From Octopus vulgaris (Eukaryota), in NCBI GenBank assembly GCA_951406725.2, contig OX597822.1, forward strand, positions 52,824,001 to 52,888,000: DNA of 64,000 nt, read 5' to 3'. The notes beneath the pieces are model-generated. The model did not search any database, was not told the origin of the DNA, and saw only the letters and a program-made list of their open reading frames with translations. The translations under genes and the position numbers were made by a program. Positions 12,456 through 26,746 of the stretch are shown here, in pieces; within the stretch, counting starts at the first letter, position 1; each line of letters begins with the position of its first letter.

Positions 12456-14779
12456 CAGGCATACTTCGGATTAAGTTGTTTCGATTTGAATCATTCTCGA
12501 TTATACGTTGGTTTTCAAAAATAATATATGGAACAATAAAAATCAAGTTAAGTCATTTTACTCGACTTTACGTCTGTCCGCCACAAATATTGGAATCGTA
12601 AAATAAATACAAAACTGTTAAAAGCACATAAGATCACGTTACTGTACAATAAATAATAAAAGCATATAAAATCATATTAAAATACGTTCAGTAAACGTTA
12701 AGATACACACTATAAAGTAGTGTAACTAAGTGAACGAAATCATGAAATCAGCTGTTTTGTCTTATTTATCGGTCTTTCGGAGCTTGTATTGTACTGTAGT
12801 TCCAATATCTACCGTTAGGCGTCATTGTCATTCGTGGTTGCCGCGATAGTTTTGAATTCAGATTTGTTTATGTCCCTTTATCAGCAACTTTCTCATTCGC
12901 ATCCATTTATGACTTTATTTTTTGCCCTCAGAGCTGCTAAGAAAATTCTTAGTGAAAATGCTAAGCGTTATGCTATATTACTGGAAGATAAACTGGCTAT
13001 GATAAAACGCCATGAAAAAGATGAAAAAGTGGTGGCAATTGCACGATCTTTTGAGATGAGTCGGACAATTGTATCGACGATTGTACATAATAAGGACAAG
13101 ATTTTAGCACATGTTAAATCTGAAGCCCCAGGGATGAAGAACACTGTCATCAATAAGAAAAGGGGCAAAATCTTTGAAGAAAAAGTCTTCTTTCTCATTG
13201 GATTGCTAGCTTGAATCGTCAGCGTGCTACGAACAAGTAGCAGCGGAATTTCCTAATGCATTAAAGAAAATCACCGAAGAAAATGGTTTCTTCTCGAACA
13301 GATTTTAACGTAGATTGTATTGGAAAAAAATGCCAGACCGTTCATTCATTTCGAAGGAGGAGAAAACTATTCCAGGCTACAGGGTCTCAAAAGAACGTGT
13401 GACTAATATGTTGGAAGGTAATCGTGCAGGAGATTTTACGTTAATGCCATTGCTTGTGTATTATGCACACAGCCCCTGTGCCCTGAAGAACATACCAAAG
13501 GCATCTCTCCCTGTTATATGGACGGCTAATTCAAAAGCATGGGTTACTGCTATTGTTTCTGAAGATTGATTCTTCAATCATTTTATCCTAGTAGCAGACA
13601 AGTACTATAAGGAGAAAGGGATTCCTTTTAAGGTTTTACTTATCTTAATGCTCCTGACCACCTGCAAAACATCGTAGATTTTGACCCCAACGTTACCGTC
13701 GTATACCTCCTTCCGAACACCACGTCTCTTCAGCAGTCAATGGATCAGGGAATAATTGCTATCTTCAAACGTTACTATATGAAGCGTACGCTGCGGCAAG
13801 CAATAGCTGCAACTGATCTTGAAGAGTCCATCACACTTCGTGACTTTTGGAGGAGATACGATACCTACAAGGCTGTACGGCATGGAATAATGTACAGAGC
13901 ACGGCTATGAATGGCATATGGAAGAAGCTATGCCCGCAATTCGTGAATTATTTAAAGGGGTTTGATAATGTTGCATTCAACAAAACGTTGGTGACTATGA
14001 GCAAAAAACTGAAAATGAATTTGGAGGAGGATATTTCACAGATTTATTTGAAAAAGACAAGCAGCCCCTAACGAACGAAGATTTGATAGAGCTTCACGAG
14101 CAATAAAATAAAAAAGAAGAGGAAGTCGAACGTGAGCCACGTCACTTTAGCATTAAGAAAATGCAGCAAGCATTTGCATATATCGAAAAAGCTCTTCCTA
14201 TGTTCGAGGATATGAATCCAAAATGCTCAACGGTTTTCCAAGATTATGGGGGCTTGTCACGAAGCTTTTGCTCCTTATAATGTAATCCTCGAGAAAAAGA
14301 AGACAGCTCAAGGAACTCTCAACCGTGTTTTTAAGCACATCGAACAAGAACAGAGTTACTGTTGATGTTGACGATCCATAGCAATCTACATCCGCGATGT
14401 AAACTACCAAATTGTACGAACGTATTTGTAAATTTAAAATAATCTTCTTTTTTTTTTATTGCAAAATAATAATAATTACTGAATTTGTTTTTTAAGCTTA
14501 AAAAAGGATGTTATTTTACCATGTCTTATTGCAGACCGCATGCATGATAGAGCGTCTGCGATGTGCGGTGAATACCGCCAAATTGTTTTCGTAAATTTAG
14601 ACTACTTTTTTTTTCATTGTACTCAATCAAAAAATAAAAATTATTTAATTGTTCGCTTAAAATGAATTTTTATTAACCATGTCTTGTTGAAAATGCATTC
14701 ATAAATAAAGTACAGAACTGGGAATGGTAATTAAGTCGTGTCTCCTGGAAAACCAATTAACGACGAATAGGGAGGTATG

Positions 14780-14783
<4 letters not shown>
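12456..14783 (+). mobile_element. Tigger/pogo-family DNA transposon with decayed transposase
   Basis: TIR CAGGCATAC(T)TC / GAGGTATGCCT in a TA context; HTH LEDKLAMIKRHEK...IARSFEMSRTIVSTI; DDE_1 motifs LYWKKMPDRSFISKEE, LPVIWTANSKAWVT, PNTTS..Q.MDQGII. Confidence 0.9.
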
Positions 14784-14829
<46 letters not shown>

Positions 14830-14832
<3 letters not shown>

Positions 14833-15032
14833 CTTAAACAAGAATGATGTTAGCAGTGACTTCGAAGTTCCGGCAGCTAAGCCATCGTCCAACGATGACT
14901 AGCTGGCTGAAACTAGCTGGAGTCACTGCTAGTAATATTCTTGTTTAAGAATATTAAATTTGTACTCTCTAAAAGTGTAGAGTAACCCACCAGATTAATA
15001 TAAAGTTGATATACACTTAAATTATGTTTACG
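14830..15032. repeat. Diverged fold-back palindrome (14830-14952) plus tail, between (TA)n tracts
   Basis: attcttaaacaagaat..tagcagtgact...catcgt cca acgatg...agtcactgcta..attcttgtttaagaat. Confidence 0.75.
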
Positions 15033-15041
15033 TATATGTAC

Positions 15042-15109
<68 letters not shown>

Positions 15110-15152
15110 GGTGTGTTAATATGAATCCTGTGTTTTGTGTTCGTTTCTTCAG

Positions 15153-15237
15153 GCAAAGGTATCATCTAAGCAAAAATTTGCTCCTCCCTCCTTTACAGAT
15201 TGTAAAATCATTAATGCGGCACCCTACCGAGTTCGAG
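15153..15237 (+). CDS. Candidate internal exon of an unidentified host gene
   Basis: Polypyrimidine acceptor gttcgtttcttcAG, open frame AKVSSKQKFAPPSFTDCKIINAAPYRVR, donor GAG|gttaaa; no homology recognised. Confidence 0.25.
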
Positions 15238-15420
15238 GTTAAATCAAACGCTCAAAGCCCCTCCCCCCAGCGCATATACACTGAAATCAAGACAAAGAAA
15301 CTTAACGACCGTTTTCTTTTTCTTCTCCATTTCTTCTCTCTTCTTCTTCCTTCCCCTACACGCCCATTTGCACACATCTAAATACAAAGTAAAGCGCTAC
15401 ATACATCCACCTCCCATTAT

Positions 15421-15463
<43 letters not shown>

Positions 15464-15668
15464 TGATAAATCATAATAGTCATAAGAACCACCCATAAAC
15501 CCCACAGAACCTTTTGATTGGTATAAATTGGTTAATGTCCTTCAGTTAAACATTCGATACAATCAGAACACCAATGCAAGTTTTGCCTGAAGTAACAAAC
15601 ACGTTTTAATATTCTCCTTAGAATTCATGGATATTGCAAATCATATTTGTAATATGCTATGAAGGAGG

Positions 15669-15722
<54 letters not shown>

Positions 15723-15727
<5 letters not shown>

Positions 15728-15890
15728 AGATTTACGAAAAAAAAAAACAAAAGACGAAGACAGGTGATGTACAAAACAAACAGATGTATTAGTATAACGC
15801 TCATCTTTTACGTTTCGAGCCTACGCTCTTCTACAGAAAGGGACACAGAAAAAAACAAGGAGAGAAAAAATGTGTGTAGTGGCTAACGAT
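15723..15890 (-). mobile_element. Penelope-like pLTR/tail with hammerhead-like motif
   Basis: Reverse complement of 30855-31030; contains CTTT-CTGTAGAA-GAGCGTAGGCTC-GAAACGTA-AAAG. Confidence 0.65.
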
Positions 15891-16245
15891 GTTCATTTAT
15901 TTATGCATGTCCGTATGTATATGTATCTATATATATGTATGAGTGTGCGTGTGCGCGGTGTGTATGTGTGTGTGTGTGTGTGTGTGTACACATATATTTG
16001 CGTGCGTGTATTTGTAAGTATGTGAATTTGTATATAGTGGGAATTTACAAAAAAAACCCCAAAAAACAAAAGACGAAGACGGGTATGTAAACAAGAAACA
16101 GATGTATTTGTTTGTATATACTTGTATAAGGGTATGGAAAAGTTTATATGCATACTCGTTCGCCTGTGTCTGCGTCTGTATACATTTATATATACGTGTG
16201 TTTGTATTTGCAAAAATGTGTGCGTGTGTGTGTGTGTATGTTTAT

Positions 16246-16276
<31 letters not shown>

Positions 16277-16536
16277 CATATATATGTATATATATACATA
16301 TATATGTATATACATACATACACATTTATGTCTATATTTATGTGTATGTATTATGTATATATTTTTATGTATGAATATATGTGCTTGTAATCAGGGCATA
16401 TATACTAGTATATCATTGCGCATGTATGCATGTCTACGTTTGTCATAGATGGCAGAAACAATTTGATGAAATTTTATTAAACAATATGAAAATTCTAACA
16501 TCACGACAAATTGTTTCGTAACTTAAAACATGTAAA

Positions 16537-16696
16537 TCGCAGCATCTCTGCGTAGTAAGAAGCTTGCTTCCCAACCTCATGGTTACTAGTTCAGTCCCAC
16601 TGTGTCGCACCTTAGCCGAATGTTTTCTACCATAGCCTTGGTCCGACCAAAGCCTTGTGAGTGGATTTGGTGGCCGGAAACTGAAGGAAGCCCGTC

Positions 16697-16789
<93 letters not shown>

Positions 16790-16958
16790 TGTATGTATGG
16801 TATGTATGGGTATGTGTGTAGTTGTGTGTGTCTGTATTTGTCACCCCCACAATCCCCGTAACTAGCGGTACGGCAAAAGATATTGATAGAATAAGTACTG
16901 GGGTCGATTTATTCGACTAAAAGGCCGCACTCAAATGACTGAAACAAGTAAAAGAATG
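16537..16958 (+). mobile_element. SINE family B
   Basis: Homologous to 11858-12299. Confidence 0.85.
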
Positions 16959-17139
16959 AAAAAAATTGTATTATTATAGAACAAGAAGAAAGATACATTT
17001 TTCAACACGTACATACTGAACAGTATATACAAAGAACAGAAAATTTTGCCGGCAACCAGCATACAGTATTATAAATAAATTACTTTCATGTCTGAATTAA
17101 TGCAAAAGACAAAAAAAAAGATCCTTCAAAATAACGCAG

Positions 17140-17830
17140 AACTATTTCTCTGCCATTTATTTCTCTTATCATTTCCTGTCGTTAATTAAGAAACACTTCC
17201 CCAGAGGCCACAAGCTCTTCAACCCCCCATAATGTTAAAGTGAGTTACTCCTGCTCAGACAGAATCGCATATAACATCACACGAATCAACAGACGTAAAA
17301 ATGCACTCGCACCGCCCCTCTCTAACCTGCAACTTCCGAAACACCACCATGTACCCTCTAGAAGGGTCCTGCTCTTAAGGGCCATAGTATACAGAGCCAC
17401 CCTTACACCATCCGATGGTTTTTCTAGACACTATACGGATATGACAGCTAATGACTTCAAGGGAAGATACTCCCAGCATATGCACTCGATCAGATCCAAC
17501 ACTCTGTAGACTCCATGACCATCGAGACGAAACACCCAGGATCACGTGGACTATTGTCGACAGAGCGCCACCATATTCACCAGGCACTCCCAACAGCCTG
17601 CACTGCCTTCGCGAAAAACTGAATATCCTCCAACAACCCACGGCATCCGTCAACAAGAAATACGATTTATCTTATTACTGTCAGTAGAGTTATGCCTTTC
17701 TGGAAAATTTCAAGCCTCGACTGCCGACAACCCAGATATACCACCTTAGTACCACCTGCACCAAGGTCACTGTCACCAACCAACCCCATGAACAGAACCG
17801 CCAATTACAAATCCGCAACGTTTACCAATA
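17140..17830 (+). mobile_element. Penelope-like element, degenerate GIY-YIG endonuclease region
   Basis: KVSYSC, PLEGSC, IVYRATL, Y..MTANDFKGRYSQH, ITWTIVDRAPPY, C(L)REKLNIL in shifting frames. Confidence 0.75.
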
Positions 17831-17932
17831 TGCATGTGCATATACATATATACAAACAAACATGCATACATACACACACACATATATATATGCTTGTATG
17901 TATATACGTATATACACATGCATATTGGTAAA

Positions 17933-19015
17933 CTAGCTGGTGCACCCCGTAATTCCCGGGGGTAAAGGTGTTCTATTGAAACGTCTTATTACTCTGATAT
18001 AAGAAAGCAAAAGGTGTATTTTCCGTCACGAAAAAGTACAAAAATCTGTCAGCTGGAGGAAAGAGAGATTGTTGGATGTTGGCCAGAAATGTTTTCGGAG
18101 GTTGGCGAGAAAGATTGTCGGAGGTTGGTGAGAGAGGTTGTAGGAGGTTGGCGAGAGGCAAATTCATTATTCTGCTTAGCGAAGGCATCTGGGAAATGTA
18201 TAACTGTTGTTATTCACAGAAAAACTATTGTTTTACCTTGAAAAAAGCATTGTTGAAGTGTTAAGTGAAATTTGGCAATCGAGAATCAAATCCACGCTAT
18301 GTCTGCATGAAGCCACTACAAATACGTTGTGGAATAAAAAAATTATCTACTGTCATGGAAAAAGTGTAACTGTAAAAATGCAAAATTATCGCAGTAATGG
18401 GCATTCAAAAAAGTATGTATGTATAGAAATGTATGAATGAGTAGTGAAATGCTGATCGTGAGAATCAAATGCTGTTCGCTTCGCTAAAATCTGCAGGTGG
18501 TATGGGTTATTTCCCTTAGGTTGTTTAAATAAAATATTAGTAATATGTAGTAGATAGACGGATCCATTGGAAGGTCCTTATTATGGAGTTTTTTCAACAG
18601 TCTAAGTATGTCACGAGGTTTCCAGACTTGAGTTCTACTGAGGAGTTAAATAAAGTATAAAAGTGATATTGTCTACAAATATTAGAAATAGGACACACAC
18701 AAAAAAATCAATATTCAAAGTAATCGAATATAGACAATGAAATGGGTTATTTCTCTTGAGTGTTTAAAAAATATTGTACAAGTGCTATGAGTTATCTCCC
18801 TTTAGTGTTTAAAAAAATTAGTTATGAGGTAGATATAACGGTCCCTTCCAGGGGACGTATTATTGATTTTTTCAATAATCTAAGTATGTCACAATGTTTC
18901 CAGACACGAGTTCTACTCACGTGTCAAGTTTCATCAAAATCAATAGAACGATGTAGGAGGAGTTAGCTAACAACGTCACAAACAAACACACACCCATTTT
19001 CCACATATTTAGTAG

Positions 19016-19016
<1 letters not shown>
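17933..19016 (-). mobile_element. Non-autonomous Helitron
   Basis: Minus strand 5' TC (tctactaaatat), 3' CTAG with subterminal hairpin ccccgtaattcccgggg; A|T insertion; internal duplication 18500-18650 / 18740-18920. Confidence 0.7.
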
Positions 19017-19054
<38 letters not shown>

Positions 19055-19824
19055 CACGCACACTCACACACACGCACACACATACAGGTGAGCACATAAG
19101 GGCAAAATGAGTTGGGAAAATAGTACTCGAATACCAAGGATAGAGTTAAGTATCTTTTATCAAAGCTGCAAAATTATCACGCGGTGTCGCCACCAATATG
19201 ATGACAGCCACGACCACTACGGCAACAACAATAGCAATAAAAACAACAGCCATGCACATTTATAAGTAATGCTATCATACTGATGCAGAAGGGACCAGTA
19301 AAAGTGTGCAGCAGTAGTATTGCAGTGGAATATAGTAAAGTATTGGCACTGCATCATTAGAAACGCATCAACAGTAGTGCAGCAGAAATGCAGTACTTGT
19401 GAAAAATTATCACTGTGCAGCAATAGGGTTGTAATAGGAGAGGAAGAACGGAGATGATGTAGCAGAACATTTGGTGCAGTAATAAACGTGCAGCGTGCAA
19501 GAAGAGTTCATTCAACGCCGCCATAGTAGTTGAGAATCACCAGTGAGACAATTGTAACGGTAGTAGTGCATCTCAAGTGATTCTGTCGTAGTAGTAACAG
19601 TAGTAGTAGTAGTAGCAGCAGCAGCTTATCGTTATATAATGGAACTCTGCTGAAGGTAGTGCACTTGAAGATTATCGGCAGGTTTATTATGCAACAGTCA
19701 TTGTTACATCATCACAAAATATTTCCTCTCACATCGAATGTAAATACATCACTGACACAATTACACTGATGCTCTCTCTCCCTCTCTATCTCTTTCACAC
19801 ACGCATATATATCCCTAGCTATAA

Positions 19825-19885
<61 letters not shown>

Positions 19886-19907
19886 TAAATATAAATGCAT
19901 ATGTGTA

Positions 19908-19946
<39 letters not shown>

Positions 19947-19972
19947 ACGTGCGTGCGTGCGTGTTGCATGTG

Positions 19973-20034
<62 letters not shown>

Positions 20035-20174
20035 CGTTATATAATTAGGGTTCAGTAAAATAATTTACTTTACCACACACCGAACTTTTAGAAATAGCAG
20101 CCAAAAAATCTTACCTATTTCCTCTACTATAAGAAAAGTCTCCCAGACAATATATATATATATATATCTATCTA

Positions 20175-20246
<72 letters not shown>

Positions 20247-20556
20247 CAGAGATACCCGGCATTGCTCGGGATTAAAATGGCATAGTTTTTTATTGTTTAA
20301 ATGGTTTCGGTTATGCAACCGCAGGCATGTTGGGGCACCACCTTTAGTTGAAGAAATCGACCCCATTGTTTATTCTTTGTAAGTACGTCTTCTATCGGCT
20401 TGTTTTGCCAAACTGCTAAGTTTCAGAGAGATAAACACAGCAACATAGGCTGCCAAGCGATGGTGGGGGTACAAAACAGACAGACACACACACACATACA
20501 TATATATATACACACACACACACATATATATACATGTATATATACATAAATCTCTT

Positions 20557-20633
<77 letters not shown>

Positions 20634-20707
20634 CATACACATATATATATATATACATATGTTGTACATATGTATATATATACATATACACATGTATATA
20701 TATATAT

Positions 20708-20739
<32 letters not shown>

Positions 20740-20907
20740 TGCACATACATACAAATATACATGTATATAAATATATACATGTATATATATATATGTGTGT
20801 GTATATACATATATATATTTATATATACATTTATATATCTATATATGTATATATACATATATATTCATATATATGAATATATATATGTAGATATGAATAT
20901 ATGTATA

Positions 20908-20956
<49 letters not shown>

Positions 20957-20996
20957 ATATAATATATAATATATATATGTAGATATGAATTTAGAT

Positions 20997-21135
<139 letters not shown>

Positions 21136-21369
21136 TCGTAAATAAACACACAGACATATATATATACATATAACTAGAAAGTACTACAAAAACTTTACAC
21201 ATTATTTGGGTGGGGGGACCTGTTAAATGACGATGTCAGCGTGTGAATGATTTCAGCAGCCCTGAGAGGAGGAAGAGAGAGGGGGGAGGGAAACGAAGAG
21301 GAATGAGGCAGATAAGCTCGCCAAAATCCCAGCGTGGTGGCGAATATATATGTATAAAACTCTAGATTT

Positions 21370-22215
21370 CTTAGAAAGGAGCCACTGTTGAAACATTAAG
21401 AAGGCCGGCGTCATCAATGAACAAAGAAAAAAAAAGAAAAAGCAGGGAAGGGAAAAAATCTGCGGTCAGTTTGCAAAAGAGGTCAACGCGAAGTCAGATA
21501 CAGAAAACCAGTGGCTATGGATGAGGAGGAGTGAACTGCAGATAGAGACAGAAGCACTTACATGCAAAACAGACAATACTACCGAGACCGGCAAATGCAG
21601 AATGTGTAGTGAGAAGCGTGGAACGGTATCGCACATCGTCAGCGAATGCCCGAAATTGGTTCAATACAATAACGAAAGACGAATGACAATATGACAAGAA
21701 TGTTTCATTGAAAGCTCTGTGGAAATCACGGCCTACAAAGAGCAAAGACGTAGTATGACCAAACCACATAAGGATTCAACGAGAACGAAGATTGTGAAAT
21801 TCTGTGGGATGCAATGATTCAGTGCGATCACCTGAGCAGACATCGAAAGCCGGACGTTGTTGTGGTGAATAAAAAGGAAAGAACTTGCACGATAATCGAC
21901 ATAGCTTGCCCCGGTGATAAGATGAAAGAAAAAGAAGAAAAACTGAACGACTACGACGATTTGAAGTGGGAAATACGAAGGTTGTGGTCAATGAAGTGAG
22001 TAGACGTGATACCAATAGTGATTGGTGCACTTGGAAGTATCAGTGCTCAACTACCAGCATGGCTGAAAAAAGATTGGTGCAAATGTGAAGGTAGAACACC
22101 TACAAAAATCAAAATTGACTGGAACAGCAAGAATTCTTCTCAGGTATCTTGAAGTATGTCCAGTAAACAAGTGTCACCTTCGTCTGCTGACTGTGGACAG
22201 CTGACACTTTCCATC
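21370..22215 (+). mobile_element. R4/Dong-like LINE 3' fragment
   Basis: WLWMRRSELQIETEAL, KCRMCSEK..TVSHIVSECPKL zinc knuckle, RKPDVVVVNKKERTCTIIDIACPGD endonuclease motif; ends in (TAA)/(TGA)n. Confidence 0.85.
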
Positions 22216-22291
22216 AATAACAATAATGATGATGATGATGATGAGGATGATGATGATGATGATGATAATAATGATGATGATGATGATGACG

Positions 22292-22792
22292 ATGCAGTAT
22301 CAGGCAGTGACCCTCATGGCTTCTGGTCTTAAATGAGTGGAAGTGTTATAATGTACATGTTTTGTCTTGGTATAAAAGATGGGCCACAGCCAATATTCTG
22401 CTGAATATTACAGATTTGCTAGTCAGTTGTTTGACCATAACCAGTTGAGCATGTCCCTTAGTGGCTGACGATATGTGCATCTCTGATCACGAGCAGAAGT
22501 AGTGGGGGAACATCATAGTCATGTGTTGAAAGGCATTCTTTGGGGTTTGGATAATTCACCCTTGGAAACATGGGTGTTTCATTCAACATCCCTAAACAAC
22601 CCTTATTCAGGAACCTTTTGAGCGGGATGGACTACTTGACCGGAAGAAAATTCTAACTGGGCCCCATCTGCATGGTCATGTGCTGTTTATCTTGATAATT
22701 CGCGCACATATGGTTGTGAGGCATGTGTCTGGTGTACCCATATCAGACAGATAGTCATGATGGCTTTGATGGCATGCATTGTTCTCTCATTC
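22292..22792. repeat. Interspersed repeat family C (~500-550 bp), in trinucleotide microsatellites
   Basis: Homologous copies at 24473-24880, 63499-64000 and ~590-980 (the last interrupted by a SINE). Confidence 0.8.
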
Positions 22793-22884
22793 AATAATAA
22801 TAATAATAATGATGATGATGATGGTGATGATGATGATAATAATATTATTATCAATATTTCAAATTTTTTCCACAAGGGCAGCTT

Positions 22885-23064
22885 TGGGGAGGGGAGTAGT
22901 CGATTACATCGACCCTAGTGCGTAACTGGTATTTATTTTATCAACCCCGAAAAGATGACAGGTAAAGTCAACCTCCGCAGAATTTGAACTCAAAACGTAA
23001 GGACGGACGAAATGCCGCTAAGCATTTTGCCCGGCGTGCTAACGATTCTGCCAGCTCGCCGCCT
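22885..23064 (-). mobile_element. SINE family A (diverged)
   Basis: Reverse complement of the family A head and core. Confidence 0.85.
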
Positions 23065-23419
23065 TGATAATGAATATACAATTAAGATTGTGCGCCTTTG
23101 ACAGTAAATGGGTACGATTCGATAGGAAACATTTCAGCTAATAAAAGTAGTAGAGGCAACAATAATAGAAATAACAACCACAGCAACAATAATAATGTTC
23201 TTTTTTATGGCCATTAGAGCCCATGATAGTGAGAACAACCCCAAAGGAAAGACATAAACAGGTGGAGTTTATATCGATCAAAGGGAGACACTACAACAAT
23301 AAGGATATAACAAAAGGATATATAAAAATTGATACATAAAAATAGAATTCAGGACAGTAATAAATAACTAGAACTAACAAATAAATACAATTAATAAATA
23401 AATAAAAATCCTCAATTAC

Positions 23420-24430
23420 GGGCGCGTCCACCTAGGGTAATTCGTGGAAGACATCACATAAAAAGGTCTGAATTACTTTCCTCTCTCCGAGGTATGGACA
23501 GTGCCATTTTTAGTTTCTTTCTTCCTACATAGAAAATCATTCTCAGAGTAGATCCACTCTCATTCACCTAAACAGGCTAGAAGGCAACACCTCCTTCACC
23601 CTCACCTTCCTCTTCAAGTGATATTTAAAGAAGTTGATGAGAGCTAGGCCTGAGAGGAAAGTACCTGCCTTTCGGACTGGTCCACCGTACCTCTTTCGCT
23701 ACTGTCACTAAGCAGAGAAAAAACCTGTCTTCCTTCCCTGCCACAGGAATGTGGTGCGTCGATCTTCACTATATATTCGGTGGACAGCTGGATTCATCTT
23801 ACACGAAACAGCAGCTGCTCAACACAGGTCCACGTGTCGCTAATACACGAACACTGAACGGTTGCGTGCAAGACGGTTTCATCCCCTTTACATGCATCTC
23901 GGGCAGATTCATCTCTTAGCGCTTCTATGCCTGAAGAGCTTGAATCGAGCAACCAAAGTTCCTCTGTAGCACTGCTAAGCTAAGTCAAAGAGAGTTGGAA
24001 GTCGTCCATGGTCTTTGATCCAAAAGTACTCCGGAAGAGACCACTCAAACTGTTTTCGTCGATGCCTAGAGTCGATCACAGCTGTAATCATCGCTCATAC
24101 CTTCTGTTGTAGTGGAAATGGTACACCCATCCCACGGGACTAGTGGTATGACACAGCCACTACAAAGTGAGACGACCTCAACCAGTACAGATACTCAATC
24201 TCCCTGTTCGATACACGCCGCAAACCATCGGGGTAGGCCTCAAAGTCTGCTGTCTTAAGTGTACTGCTCTACGAAAACAGTTCAGTGAAGTGCTATTGAA
24301 ATACTGCGCTCATCATCTGTTTGTGATTGGAGTGCACACAGCCGCTGCTGCTGTCCATCACAAACCGAATTCTAGATATATTGCCATGCTGCTCCTCCGT
24401 CACCCAGGTCCAACCAAGGGCTTTTGGGAC
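23420..24430 (-). mobile_element. Tx1/L1-like LINE ORF2 C-terminal fragment
   Basis: Minus strand RCM...DETVLHATVQC (zf-RVT-like) and LINFFKYHLKRKVR. Confidence 0.55.
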
Positions 24431-24472
24431 TTCAACAACAACAACTACATCAACAACAACAACAACAAACTA

Positions 24473-24880
24473 CCTGATGCAATAACAGGTAATGGCTTTC
24501 ATGGCTTCTGATCTTATCTCATTGGAAGTGTTAACGTACATATTTTATTGTGGTGTAAAAAATATTCTACAGCAAATATTCTGCTTAATACCACAGATTT
24601 GCTCGTCAGTTACTTGACCTTAACCAGTTGAGCATGTTCCTTAGTAGCTGACGATGTGTGCATCTTTGATCACAAGCAGAAAAAGTGGGAGAACAACACA
24701 GCCATGTTTTGAGATGGATTTTTGGCAATTTGAATAATTCACCTCTGGAAACGGGTGTTTCGTTCATCATCCTTAAACAACTCGTATTCAGGGATCTTTT
24801 GCGCCGGTTGGCCCATTCAACCTGAAGAAAATTCTGAGTCTCATCTGCAAGAGCATGCTCTTCTTATCTTAATACGAAGT
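24473..24880. repeat. Repeat family C
   Basis: Homologous to 22292-22792; preceded by (CAA)n. Confidence 0.75.
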
Positions 24881-26049
24881 TACCAAAAAAAAACTGATGC
24901 AAGTGTTCATAACCCGTTCACCACTTTCACCATAGCTACAAGACAGAGGAATACCGCCAGCCCCACCTTCCAGCAGGCGTGTGGTGGGACGATCTTCATG
25001 ATGGACTTGGCTGATAGCTGGATTCGTTCTTCACATGATGATAGCTGTTCAATGTAACTTTTCAAATCAGTAATCCTCGGGCATGATTTCGCATTTAGGC
25101 TCAAACACAAAAACATTTGAGTGGAAAGGGTAAATAGATACCATCGACAGAAGAAAGAAAGGCGAAGTTGGCCATGGTAGGATTTGAACTTAGAACATAA
25201 ACAGCCGGATGAAATATCGCGAGATTAGTCTGACACTCTCACGATTTTGCCTGGCCACCTCCATGTTTCTGATTTAGATACAAGACTAGTAAATTTTAGG
25301 AGTTGGTGCTAATCCGATACCGCTGGAATAAAACGGATAAGAACCAAAAATTTCGTGGGAATCATCCGAGCCGATTATATTAGTTAGCTGGTACCTTATT
25401 TTATCTACTGCGATCCCAGTAGTTGATTGGCACCCTATTTTATCTACGGCGCAGGAATGAAAAATAAACGATTTTTTATAGTTGCCATACGGGAGTCTAC
25501 CATGTAACCATTTTCGCTATAACGGCAGAAGAGAATAAAACTGATTGCCTTTCCAGGTAGGACGATCTTCATGATGGATTCGTCCCGATAGCCACGTTAG
25601 TCCTTATTGCAATAACAGTTGTTCGACAGTCAACAGTTATTGCATTAAGTCAGAAATGCTTGGATTCTCCACGAGTGCCTGCAGAACGGTTTCATCGCTC
25701 TGCACACATCTTGAACAGTCCTGTCTGATGATATTTCCTCGCTTGTGTAGTTTGTCCCCGACCAGTAATATGTAGTGCCACACGGTACCGTTTGCAAGCT
25801 AAGGTTTCTGGTAGTTATCCCTAGTAGACCCTATTTGAAAATTCCTTTGAATAGTTCGACAAATTCCTCTTTGTCGACATCTGGCATTTCACTGAGGACT
25901 CGTCGCTCTTTCTCAGTAGCACTCCTGGAATCTGCAGTGATACATTGCCAGACTGGTTGAGAGCGATGAGCATCTGACAACATTTCTGATGAAAGGTGCC
26001 CAATCTTGGTCTTTTGTTGATCCTAGATTGCATTTCTACTGAAAAGGCG

Positions 26050-26712
26050 AGCTGCGGAAAGATATATCAAGCAAAGACGACATCCTCTCACCATCCTGAA
26101 ACTTTGCAAGTGGTGTAACCCCAGTGCGTGTATACTCATCACTAATCACAGTATGCCGAGCCATTTTGATCTGTGGAACGCTTGCTTTTTGTGGGGGGGG
26201 GGTAGAACAGTAGATACTCCAGTCTAGTTAAGTGGAAGCTGGGGCATGACGACCAGGCAGTAGAATATGACGGAGATGTAGGCATTCACCATGACTGCTC
26301 GGCTTTTCAAGAACAGCTTCCTCTCGGCCCATTTCTTGGTAAGTATAGCAGTTCTGCTCATAACTTAGTTCCAGTTCCGGTCCACTTGGTGATCCAGATC
26401 AAACCAGACCACTAAAGGTTTAACATGTCCTTCTGTTCTGAACTTCATGATGCTGTTTGACGGCATGGGTTTCCTCATAAAATACCGGCTCACTGGCTTA
26501 TTCGAATTTATCTAGTTCCTATCACTGCTTCGTAGTCATTGGAATATTGCTTACCACCCAACGCCTTAGTGTTCGACACAATTATGATGACGTCATCAAC
26601 GTATGTCAGTATAACTCCCGTGTTCCAGCTCGAATGGGACGTTTCTTAATAATTCTGGCTTCCGTAGCAATAACTCGAGAGCCAGCAATAGTAGAAGCGA
26701 GAGAGGACCGAT

Positions 26713-26746
<34 letters not shown>

